Shown here: positions 51,050-64,000 of the stretch, one piece after another
Layout of the letters: each line of letters begins with the position of its first letter
Numbering within the stretch: position 1 is the first letter of the stretch
Source: Eledone cirrhosa
Taxonomy: Eukaryota
Direction: 5' to 3'
NCBI GenBank assembly: GCA_964016885.1
Contig: OZ024742.1
Coordinates: 108,314,001 to 108,378,000 of the forward strand
DNA: 64,000 bases
Notes under the pieces: model-generated
What the model was told of the DNA's origin: nothing
Seen by the model: only the letters and a program-made list of their open reading frames with translations
The model's database searches: none
Translations under genes and position numbers: made by a program

Positions 51050-51544
51050 AGTAATGTGTAAATAGTAAGATGTGCTTTTCATGCTATCTCTAGGCTAAGA
51101 GCTACAGAACCAAATGGATTATTGTAAAATACATTATAATTCATTACTGCACGTACATCGGTTTAATCAACATTATGTAGAAATTATAAAATTATAATTA
51201 TTTGTTTTAACGTATTTCCTCGAATATGATATTTGAAGCATGATGGAAATATTCGATAAATCAAGGTATGATATTTCATGTCAGTACCCATTTAATACTT
51301 TTGATATTAACTCGCTCGAAACCACCATTAATTTTATTATGAAAAAATGTTTGTTTTAACGAATGCAAATTTAAATTTTCAATTATAATTCTATGTAAGA
51401 AATTTTAACAAGTTATGTTCCAAACATCAGCTTAATTTATATTACTAAATTCTTCCAAGCTCATTATTTTCTAAATTTTCTAAATATACACAGTGATTTT
51501 CATGAGAAAAATGATAACGAATGAGTTAACGTTCAAATTGCTAC

Positions 51545-51950
51545 CTTTTCAAGGCAGAGGCGTTCGAGATGTTTGGGGGAGTTGGGCTACTTACTGCGAA
51601 GTTCTTATCTTCACTGGTGGCACGCCTAACCGAGGTAACTGATGATGCTCAAGAGGGCGCTTAGTTGTTGCAGCACCTCAGCCTCACCATCACCCGAGGT
51701 AACGCTGCGAGCGTGCGAGCTTGCCTAAAAAATGTTTAGACAGGTTTCTCAGTGCGTCTCGCTATAATGTTATCTTTTTGCTCCGGTAGCGGCTCGTTTG
51801 TCCACTCCTTTCACCTGCCTTTTGTTCTATGTGGTCCTAGATGTGTGTGCTACTTCCTGCTGTGGTTTCATCTCTTTCTTTTTTCCTTTCCCTTTCCTTT
51901 GTATATATATTTGTTTGTGTTTTTGTTCTGTAAGCATTATATTATTATAT
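51545..51950 (+). mobile_element. 3' fragment of a CRE-clade RLE LINE
   Basis: Translates to AFEMFGGVG..FLSSL..RLTEVTDDAQEGA*LLQHLSLTITRGNAASV, resembling CRE C-termini. Confidence 0.65.
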
Positions 51951-52135
51951 ATTGGCAGTACCGGTAGAGGGTCGGACGCCATGCTTTGACGTATAGAGTT
52001 ACGGCCCTTGCCATTCTGAGTTCAAATCCCGCCAAGGTTAACTTTGCCTTTCATCTTTACGGGGTCGATAAAATAAAGTACCAGTAATGCACTGGGTAAT
52101 TGCTGGCCTTGTGCCAAAACGTAGAAACAATTATT
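51951..52135 (+). mobile_element. tRNA-derived SINE
   Basis: Same family; A and B boxes present. Confidence 0.88.
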
Positions 52136-52764
52136 ATATTTTTTTAATACAACTGTGAATAAACCTGTAAGAACATATGAGTTTAAAAATAAAAGAGTTA
52201 AGCTGTGTTGTTAAGAATAAATACATAAAAAGTTATACTTCATTTTATCCTCCAATTTCCAAATTTATCGAACGTTGCTATCATGCTGTATGTGTATATG
52301 TGTGTGTTTGTATAAATGTATGTGTGTGTGTTTGTGTGAATGTATGTATGTGTTTGTATGAAAGTATGTGTATTTGTGTGAATGTATGTCTGTTAGTGTG
52401 TATTTTTGCGTGATTATAGTTATATACTCATACATATAAATGTATGTATATGCACATACACACATTCACACACATACACATACGCGTCAATGTTTTGAAA
52501 AAAATCCTAATCTCTTCATCGTTCTCTTTCACTCTCTCTCTCTATATATCCGTCACATAATCACTCTATCTGTCTGTATCTCTCTCTTCACACACTCTCT
52601 GCCTTTCTTTCTCGCTCTGTCTATATATGGTAGTTGGAGTGGTGATGGTGGCGATATACCGCCAAATTGAAATTTGAAACTTTTACAAGAATTGAATCTT
52701 GAAATAAGCAATTCATTAAATTATTTATGCTTTATCATGTGTTACAAAATTTAGTAACAATTTA

Positions 52765-52910
52765 TATAATTATTTCTACTTTTGGCACAAGGCCAGCAAT
52801 TACCAGTAAATTACTGGTACTTCATTTTATGGACCCCATAAGGATGAAAGGCAAAGTTAAATTATATGAAAGGCAAAGTTAAATTATATGAAAGGCAAAG
52901 TTAAATTATA
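52765..52910 (-). mobile_element. Truncated SINE with a triplicated junction
   Basis: ATGAAAGGCAAAGTTAAATTAT occurs three times in tandem. Confidence 0.75.
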
Positions 52911-53041
52911 TAATGTTCATTTGTTCCTATTCAAAGTAATCCAACTTATTTTATTAACGGGATAAAAAACAATATAGAACGGGCACTGTCCCGCACTCCT
53001 CCTTTTATTATAGATGGTAATGAAAGTGGTAAAGTTCCAAT

Positions 53042-53300
53042 TTCTTCTTCTTCTTCTTCTTCTTCTTCTTCTTCTTCTTGGGAGGTTCGTGGGTGAAGAG
53101 CCCTGAAAAACTCCTTACAGTGGGTCCTGTCAGAAGCAAACATCTCTAACTGATCCAGCTGGATCCCAAAGCGTGACCAGCCAACTTCATGGATGTTGAT
53201 GTCAACATTTTTAGGTCTCGCTCTTTGCTCGGATGGTATATTTGACCTCCGGATTGAACTGAGGGGTCCTCTGGTCATTCAGCGCCAAACCAAGCCACTC
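53042..53300 (-). mobile_element. 3' end of an RTE-like LINE with a (GAA)n tail
   Basis: RTE-like C-terminal peptide relic and (TTC)n at 53042-53078. Confidence 0.55.
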
Positions 53301-54043
53301 TCGTCCGCAGCATTTAACAGCTGTATCAGAAACTATATTTTAAAATATTTGTTAATACTGTTTAAACGTATAGCCAATGTGGGCCATATATATCAAATAA
53401 GATTAGTTGTCTCAATAAATGTTACAAATGTCTACATGATTGATCAATAGATCAATCAATGAAACAACATCTATGATTGATTTATCTAAAGAAACAATGT
53501 AAATAGATAAATTGAAAGAAGTGATTCTAGCATTTCAATAAAGATCGAACGCTTTCAAGCTTAATTTCTATATACAAATATTTATTATATAAGCTAATGT
53601 TTATTCTATAGGCCACTATTTATTTACCCATTCTGCCGTTAGCAATATATTTTCACAAAATAAAACCAACAACAATAAAACCATCAACTTAATTATATCA
53701 TAATTTTCTCAATATCATATATGCAGAAAATTCTCGCTATATAATTTCTAATTAAGATTTTACGATTATTTCTGATTAAAATCGTGCATAGGTGTGTCAC
53801 TCAGATGTGGCCAAAGGGTTAGAAAAATTGTTTCAAAATTACATGGTTCCGAGTTTGGTTCAGTAAGTGTCAGTTATATTCTCCTTTGCCACGGGTCAAC
53901 GCAGTCGACGTGAGGTAAACTAGGCTGAAGAAAGTTGTACAGAGGCCCGGCGATTGGACAATTTGCTATAATGTAAGTCATTATATAATGTTCTCTGAGG
54001 AAGCAATTATTACTCGAGTCACATATCAGTACACACACACACA

Positions 54044-55448
<1,405 letters not shown>

Positions 55449-55602
55449 TACATATATATATATATACTTGTGTGTGTAAAGGGGTGAGTATGTGTGTGCG
55501 TGAGTTTGGAACAATGAAAATAAAACAAAAGGCGAAGATAACTTCTTAATTAGTTCATAGTTTTATTATATGTTTAAGAGGCTTGATTGATCATGATATA
55601 TC

Positions 55603-55770
55603 AATATATTGACTAATAGAAAATGGTTATTCCACCACCAATTACTAGTTTTGATATCCTAGATCCATCCCACCGTCTTCTTCAGAAACAAAGGAGACAG
55701 TGAGATGGATCTAGGATATCGAGACTAGTAATAGGTGGTGGCATAACCACTCTCTATCAGTCAATATATT
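55603..55770. repeat. Hairpin with ~78-bp imperfect inverted arms and a short loop
   Basis: Arms share TACTAGT..GATATCCTAGATCCATC; about 10 mismatches counted by eye. Confidence 0.85.
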
Positions 55771-56171
55771 ACACATACACTGTTTTTTGTTGAATCACTA
55801 AGTTTGACAAGTGTATCGATGCTGAATTCAGGTCCATAGCTTCCATAAGTAAACTTAAGCCAGCCATCTGTGAAATCTATGTAACAGGACACTAGTCAAT
55901 AAAACAGGTGAACGAAACGTCATCGTTTTCTCTTATTACACACACACACTCCACCCCATATATATATACATATATTCCTCTATTATGGCTAAGCAGAGAG
56001 CCTTGTTACTCTGGAGTTTCACCTGCACACTCGAGGATTATTTGACAAGACTCACTGCTTAATCATAATGAATAAATATTTAAACTATGCTTCAGTATTG
56101 ATTCTTTGTTTCATGTCTGTCAATAACACACACTCACAATCACACACCCACACGCACACACACACACGCAC

Positions 56172-56279
<108 letters not shown>

Positions 56280-57735
56280 GCGTGTTATTGACAGACATAA
56301 AGCAATATATGTATCTCATATCGATCTTTTATATATAGATATATATAAGATCAATATGAGAGCGTATTCATTTGGTTAATGTATATAATTCTGTGTGATA
56401 GGACTGCCACCAAATGTAAGAGTTCAGCGCGGAGACTGTATATATATACGTAAATAAGACCGCTATTGCTCAAATCAGTCTAACTTTGAACAAACACCCT
56501 AAACCGAACTCCGACCTGTACCTATGACTCTTGCCAAACCAAACCGTATTTACCCTCCAAATTCGACAAATCAAACACGAACCACCCATCTCCCCAAACT
56601 CGGTTCATGCAACCGGACCGCAATGGGGAAGACGGATGTATATAATAAAGACCGAAATATATTGAATATGTCCCTACTTTTCAAGAGGTTCTGTTACCTG
56701 GAAGCTTTCAGAGGAATCATGTCTGTTGCAAGTATTCGGAGCAGATTTCTGGTGTCACAATAGATATACCACTCCTTCCTAATGCAGTGAGCCATTTAGA
56801 CGGTTTTTTTTTCACCCCTACCAAGTCTCGGAGACTACAGTGCTGCTCTTCATTTTCTTACTAAGCTATAGAAAATGGGGAGAGAAGATATGAACCTTTT
56901 AGTTTTTTTGAGATTTGAACAAGATAAAGAATACCTACCAAGCTCCACCAACGTTCCACAGCGAGTTACTTAACTTCAGTTTAATAAATCTATCTACAAC
57001 TAGATGGGGTGGTTAGGTTGTTGATACCTGTTATATATGCAAAACTCCAACATCTTTAAACGGTGTGTGAGTTAATCTCCTAGATGGATGATATAGGATG
57101 GTGTTGCTAATTATCAAATATCGTGCGATTATTTCCGTTCTGGGTTCTAAATTCTACCGAGATCAATTTGCCGTTCATCTTTTTAGAGGGTCGATGAAAT
57201 AAAGTGCCAAATCAATTACAGAGGTCGATTTAATCGACAGGCGATCTGTGCAAAAATGAAATGGGGCAGCATGTTACAGGTTGGAGTTTTACCAGCCGAC
57301 ACATTAATATTATCTATCGGCAACAGCCTATATAATTTACTGCACACACACATACAGCGAGAGAGAGAGAGAGGGGGAGAGAGATGCTCACGAACATACT
57401 CAAAGAAACGCAGGTGCGCACACACAAACAAAATGCCTATCAGTAAATGGCACATACATTCTGTAAAAGCATAGCCCATAAAAATGAGATAAGGCAAAAG
57501 AAAAACAAGAGGAGGTCATTCGTGGTGCCCCAGCCTTACATAACGTTTTGCAATTTAAGCAATCAACTCTACCGATAAACATGTATTTTTTCTCCTGCTG
57601 TGCTGAACTCATAAACGTATGCAGGAAAGCACTTCCTACCACAGTGTTCCTGCCATTTATCTTACTCATAATGTCCATTAACAATATTAATAGCTTGTGA
57701 TCCGGCGCTGAAGAGAATAACAATATATATATATT

Positions 57736-57853
<118 letters not shown>

Positions 57854-59427
57854 ATTCTGTGTGGCGACTATCACCATATGCTAGACTTCATAGTAGATTC
57901 CATTTCATCAAGAATTTGACCAATATTCAATATGTGTATTGTTGTTGCTAACTTCATCTATTGGTGGTGCAATATCTAAGAAATTGGCGATTGGTCGTAT
58001 TCAATAGTGTCAATCCTTGCATCATCAACAAAAAATCACAGTTTACCTGTTTAGAAATAAGTTCAATCCAGTTACCTTGCTATCTCTCTTGAGTTACTGT
58101 ATAGAATAGAGCCATCCTAGGTAAACAAAGAACCCCATATTTAACATTTAGGTCCAAATACTTGCCACATGAGATAATAGTAACTCTTATAGTGATATAT
58201 TGTATTTCTGAATATTGCCTTGTGAGGGAAATATATTTATATATATGTATGTAACTCTTTCCCTTATTTCGAGTACATTTTTGACCGGCCATCTTCCTGG
58301 TGGCAAGGTTGTAAAAGAAAAGAAATTGCCATCCCTTGAATCGCAAGAATGTTTAGCAAATTTTGAAGGTGCCAGCTATCGCAGTATGTATGTATGTATG
58401 TATTTGATGTTCAGAGAGTGGAATTGGCCCCATGCAAAGTCTTTCTTCAAATAAAAAATCTTCAAGCACAGGCATCTCTTGATATGTGACATTTTTTGCG
58501 ATGCATTTATTGCTGGCCATAGGCAAGTCCCTAGTAGCACTAAAAGGCCAAGTCTGTGATGCTCACGCTTAAGTATCAAGCGATAGTATTACTCGAAATC
58601 GAGTTGCAACCATTATGTATGTATGTATGTATGTATGTATGTATGTATGTATGTATGTATGTATGTATGTATGTATGTATGTATGTATGTATGTATGCAT
58701 GTAATGTATGTATTCTTTTCGGGTTATAGCTACTGTCGCTCTCATGGTCGGGTCGTTGGCGACTAAACTGGCAATCCCACCAAGGTTTCTTGGTGAGGAG
58801 GGTGACTTTGGACATCCTGCAGGACTAAAAACAAAACCTGTCAAAGGGCAAAGGAGCTCTTAAGAGTCAATGGCCATCCAAAATCACCGGGAGAGATGAC
58901 CCCTTAGCCTTTGTCAAGGCAGAATTCTAGGAGAAGGAAAACTCTGATATAACACCTGCAACCTTGATGGTATCCAATGATGTTGACTTGTTCTTTTTGG
59001 TAACTATCATCTTGGTTAAGAGAGTGGGACTGGCTTTGTGCAGTGCCTTTGCTCACTATAACAGATTCACGGCACAGGCATTGCTTTATATCTGAAGATC
59101 TCTCTGCACTATGTGTCAATAGTTGTCGCAAGTGTAGTGTTTGTACCAGAGTTTTCAAGTCGCTGGCTGGACTAAAAAGTCACACTCGTTCAGCGCATCG
59201 GTAGGGGTTCTCCTACATGGATATAAAGTAGTGGCCGTACTCGAAAACGAGTTGGCAGCCACCATGTATGCATGTATATATGTATGTATGCATGTAATGT
59301 ATGTATTCTTTTCGGGTTATAGCTACTGTCGCTCAGAGAGTGGGATTGGCTCAGTGTACAGTCTTTCCTCACTTTAAAAAAAAGTTCACGCCCAGGTATT
59401 GCACGATAGCATAAATTAATAATTATT

Positions 59428-59608
59428 AATAATTGTTTCTACTTTTGGCACAAGGCCAGCAATTACCCAGTAGATTACTGGTACTTTATTTTATCGACCC
59501 CGTAAGGATGAAAGGCAATGTTAACCTCAGCGGGATTTGAACTCAGACCATAAAGCGCCGTAACTCTTTGCTGCAAAGCATGGCGTCCGACCCTCTATCG
59601 ATACTGCC
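59428..59608 (-). mobile_element. tRNA-derived SINE
   Basis: Same family. Confidence 0.88.
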
Positions 59609-61034
59609 GTTATATCGTGCAATGGCCATACTCAATAACGAGGGGGAAGCCATTTTATGTATGTATGTTTGCATGTATGTATGTACGTAGGAACGCATGC
59701 ATGCATGTGTTCGAGCCTCTGTTTACGTTCATGTTTGTGTTTACATCCAGTAACTTAGATGTACAAGGATACAATGTGTTGCTGGCACTCGAGCTTCATC
59801 CATTACGATCGAGAGCCTAACACATTAACTCTAAAGCCACGAATCTTTGCGAAACTCAGATGATTTTCGATTGCCGATAGAGAGTGCATGCATATGTGAA
59901 TGTGTGATTATGTAAATGTGTATGTTTGAGTGTGTGTGTGTGTATAACTGTATATTTGAAGTCGCGTAACCTTGTGATTGTAAAGTCGTTCGTAAGTTCA
60001 ATTCCCGGTTGCGTATTGTATACTTGTACAATACACTATATTTCACGTTGTTCCAGTTTACTCAGCTGGAAAATGTTAAACCTGTAACTCAAAGGGCCAG
60101 CCTCCATACACTGTTATGCTGAATCTCCCCGAGAATTCCATTAAAATTCACTTGTTAGTGAAATGCTAAGCCATTTGCACTTTAATTTCCCCAACAGACG
60201 GTTCCATTCTTCGTGCAACGATGGAGATCCAACAACATGCTTCTATGTTCTATGTGTGAGTGTGTGTGTATGAGATGCCACTGTCTGTGTGTGTATGCGT
60301 TTATGTGTGTTCGTGTATGTGTGAGTGTGTAGGTAATTAGAAATAATAGCATTAAACATCATTTAATAGAAGCCAGTTTGCAGTACAGTAGTCCAACTGT
60401 CTTCACCATTTTGTAGAATATTAAGCTTCACTCACGATGTTGCTGAGTATGAAGCTAAATTATTGGTTCTGCCAGTGTAACCAAGACAACACATAGTCTT
60501 ATTGAATAACCTTTAATCTCTCTCTCTCTCATTTTCGTTTTCCCTCTCCTTCTCTCTCTTTCTCTCTATCTATCTCTCGCTTACTCTTTGAATTTTCGTA
60601 CCTCTCCAATTCGAGACACACATACACACACGTGCACGCACCCACACAGACACACCCACACACACATATATATAAATATGTATTTAAATGTATATACATT
60701 GATCTCTATTTCCCTCTTTCTATCTCACGTTTACTCCTTCATATATAGTGATAACGTGTGGTTTAGCGGTTACGGTGTTCAGTTCACGATCGAAAGGTCA
60801 TGAAATCAAGTGTCCGTTGAACTTTTTGTCCTTGAGCAAGACATTTTATTTCACTTTGATCCAGTCCACTTAGCTGTAACAAAATTAGTTGCACTTGTAA
60901 TTCAAAGGGACAGCCTTGTCACACATTGCCTTAAGGGTACAAGGTCTGTATTATGTTCATTCACTTGCTCGATAATTTCATGATGAGGCTGTTTAGTTGA
61001 TCAAAACTGGAACACTCAACAGAGAATCACTTTA

Positions 61035-61076
<42 letters not shown>

Positions 61077-61094
61077 TCCTGAACGTATATACAT

Positions 61095-61150
<56 letters not shown>

Positions 61151-61162
61151 ATACGTTCAGGA

Positions 61163-61193
<31 letters not shown>

Positions 61194-61231
61194 CACGTGT
61201 GTTAAAGTGATTCTCTTTATATATATATATA

Positions 61232-61403
61232 TAGGCCAGCAATTATTCCGTACATTACTGGTACTTTATTTTATCGACCCCATAAGGATGAAAGGCAAAT
61301 TTGACTTCGGCGGGATTTGAACTCAGACCATAAAGGGCCGTAACTCTTTGCTGCAAAGCATGTCGTCAGACCCCCCTACCGATACTGCCAATTCACCACC
61401 CTT
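61232..61403 (-). mobile_element. tRNA-derived SINE
   Basis: Same family. Confidence 0.85.
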
Positions 61404-61669
61404 TAAATATATATATATATAATATAGAGAGGAGAAAATACACGAAAGGAATTTGTTTTCATTACAGGGGTATATTACCACTACAGTGAAAAACATAAAA
61501 CCTGCGAGAGCTACAGGAAATATATTATAATCAAACATTAAAATGTAAAACGTACCTTCATAACTATGACAGCTGTACAGTCCCAAGAAGGAATTGTTTC
61601 ACTAAATAGTGTAAAAATAATATTTAATTACATGAATTAACGCGAGTCCTTTACTCCGTTGCTTCATTT

Positions 61670-61704
<35 letters not shown>

Positions 61705-61705
<1 letters not shown>

Positions 61706-62104
61706 TAATTGTTTCTACTTTTGGCACAATGCCAGCAATCATCCAGTACATTACCGGTACTTTATTTTATCGACCTCGTAAGGATGAAAGGCAAAGTTAA
61801 CCTCGGCGGGATTTGAACTCAGATCGTAAAAGGACGTAACTACGCTGGAAAGCATGTCCAACCCTCTACCGATACTGCCAATCCACCGCACTATATAATT
61901 GTTTCTACTTTAGGCACAAGGCCAGCTATTACCCATTGCATTACTGGTACTTTATTTTATCGACCCCGTAAAGATGAAAGGCAAAGTCAACCTCGGCGGG
62001 ATTTGAACTCAGGTCGTAAAGGGACGTAACTATGCTGGAAAGCATGGCTTCCGACCCTCTACCGATACTGCCAATCCACCGCCCTAACCACCGCACTATA
62101 TAAT
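61705..62104 (-). mobile_element. Two head-to-tail SINEs; the second has a 17-bp TSD
   Basis: CCACCGCACTATATAAT at 61883-61899 and 62088-62104. Confidence 0.88.
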
Positions 62105-62339
62105 AGGAATATGACAGCTGCAGTCGTCGCAGTAATTGCTGATGGTTGGTGTTTTCTGTTTGTCAGAGGAGACTAGGTTATGATTATGAAGAACGTGTTT
62201 GAATTAAATTGATGGCTTATGCGATACGGTTTTGGTGGGTAGGTTTAATTGTAGGTTTATGATTTGCTTTGCTCGTGTTCGTGGTTGTCATGGGTTTGGT
62301 TTAGATTTGTTTACCGTTCTAGTTGAGGCATATAGGTTT

Positions 62340-62412
<73 letters not shown>

Positions 62413-62499
62413 GAATAACATGACACAGTTTCATATATCTATACGCTGTTTTAGCCCCAAGAGCTATTATTAGTACCACTCCCAGTAAACCTCTAGGCT

Positions 62500-63075
62500 A
62501 CTGAATAACTTACATTGGATCGCCTACTCATATCCTACTGCAGAAAAAAACCCTCTTCAATAATAAAGTTGCCTGGGTCAAAACATTCACTGCCAATGAT
62601 CTATTGGATATATTAGTGAGATTAGTTGATAGTGCTGATGTATGCAATTTGGTGGGGCTATATATTTATCTTAGATGCGCTACACAAGAAATTCCCAGAC
62701 TTTCATGCGGATCTATACTGCGAGGATGGTCTGGTACGATCAAACCATAACAGCGACCTTGTCCTAACTATAACTAACTATAACTAACTTTAACAAGCTA
62801 GTACTAAAGATTACTATATCTATCAATCTCACTAGCGTTAATTTCCTAGACATAAACGTAGAACTTAGCGAAGGACTCAGATACATACACAAAAATTCAT
62901 GCCATCCATTCATAGTTTTCAAAAAACCTTCATTAAGAACATCAGCAAGTTGATACCCAACCACTTATTTAACAAAGCTATATTTAATAGGGCAGTCGTC
63001 TACTATATGGAATTGAAACATGGACGCTTTCATCCAAACAACAAAATTGCCTTGATGGCACCTACACTTTCCTAC
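62500..63075 (+). pseudogene. Penelope-like element reverse transcriptase relic
   Basis: Fragments DSADVCNLVGLYI, DLYCEDGL, KITISINLTSVNFLDINVEL and YIHKNSCHP resemble PLE RT motifs (DGAEVCELVGLY, GLYRDDGL, VNFLDV, YIHxxSxHP). Confidence 0.72.
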
Positions 63076-63079
63076 TTCG

Positions 63080-63405
63080 ACGCATTCAGAACATAAGCTT
63101 GCCTCATCTGACTTTAAAAGAATTATATGCCGGCCTCCCACGCATATCTGTCGTTGTACGTAAAAGGAGAGTAAGATTTGCTGGCCACTGCTATCGTGCC
63201 GCCTATGTGGCTGTGCCTCCATTAGTGCTTTGGAAACCACGAGCAGTCACTAATAATAGGGGGCGCAAGCTCTTCTATCCCGTTGTCATCTTCAGTGATT
63301 CTGGTATTGAAATCCAAGATTTGGCAACGGCAATGAACGACAGACCCTCGTGGAGATGAATTGTTGAGTTGATTTCGGCTGAGGCCGCCAGATGATGATG
63401 ATGAC
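63080..63405 (+). mobile_element. 3' end of an RTE-clade LINE with a (GAT)n tail
   Basis: LYAGLPRIS..RRVRFAGHCYR..AMNDRPSWR. Confidence 0.8.
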
Positions 63406-63728
63406 TATAACGCAGTCATAAGCAACAGGCTAAACATTAGATGCCTGTATAATAGGAGCAATCTATCTAAACTGAGATTATCACTCCCAATTGCCTTTGC
63501 TTAGGTGTCTTTCAAGAGATCCAAGCTAGACGGCACACACCAGTCAGCCACAGAATACGTTCTCTATTTCAAGTTTTTAACTTCTACCCAGATACCTTGC
63601 CACATTTAAGCTTTTTAATTGCTTTTATGAACTCAGCCTCTGAGATGTTAGTCATTGCTCCCAGATGCACTTCATGTAAGTCAGAAAATGTTGTTGTGAC
63701 CGGATTTAGATCAGCAATGTATTACATA

Positions 63729-63927
63729 TAGAAGGTCGGCTGAAAAGTTCATAGGCTGACCAAGATACTCTCATGGAATTACCAAATGAAGTTTATTTTT
63801 CAACATAGTCCCTGGAAGGAAACAATGCAGATATTAATAGGAAGAGTTGAAATTAATGTATCCAAGATTTCACAGCTCAAGCATCACTCCTTCATAGTCA
63901 GCCTATGAACCTTTCAGCCCACTCTCG
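63729..63927. mobile_element. Mariner-derived MITE
   Basis: TIRs GGCTGAAAAGTTCATAGGCTGAC / GTCAGCCTATGAACCTTTCAGCC with TA flanks. Confidence 0.78.
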
Positions 63928-64000
63928 TATACATAAGGAACATGAGCTATGGATATCCAAGTAACTTTACTAAAAGTTAAAAAGAAAGAGAAGAAAAAAT

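Noticed and set aside
56390-56650. Helentron-like element (similar composition at 62100-62340)
   Set aside because: Compositional resemblance only; termini not defined.

Overview
Eukaryotic, AT-rich, gene-poor and repeat-dense DNA, probably from a coleoid cephalopod such as Octopus (inferred from the SINE types and the (TA)n/(CA)n/(GATA)n load). No host protein-coding gene is supported. The window holds five Tx1/L1-clade LINE copies, four of them tied to (CTAT)n; one (27480-33324) is full length with a single nonsense codon. It also holds R4/Dong-type RLE LINEs in (TAA)n, RTE, CRE and Penelope relics, a maT-type Tc1/mariner element, hAT and mariner MITEs, and many tRNA-derived SINEs. The main signal not shown by the ORF track is a set of about 12 type-I hammerhead ribozyme motifs, about five with intact cores, in short non-coding inserts between (TA)n blocks. 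These include a retrozyme-like unit with two hammerheads 497 nt apart around a 33-bp hairpin array, and variants with very long, branched stem II. All folds were done by eye and no activity is demonstrated.
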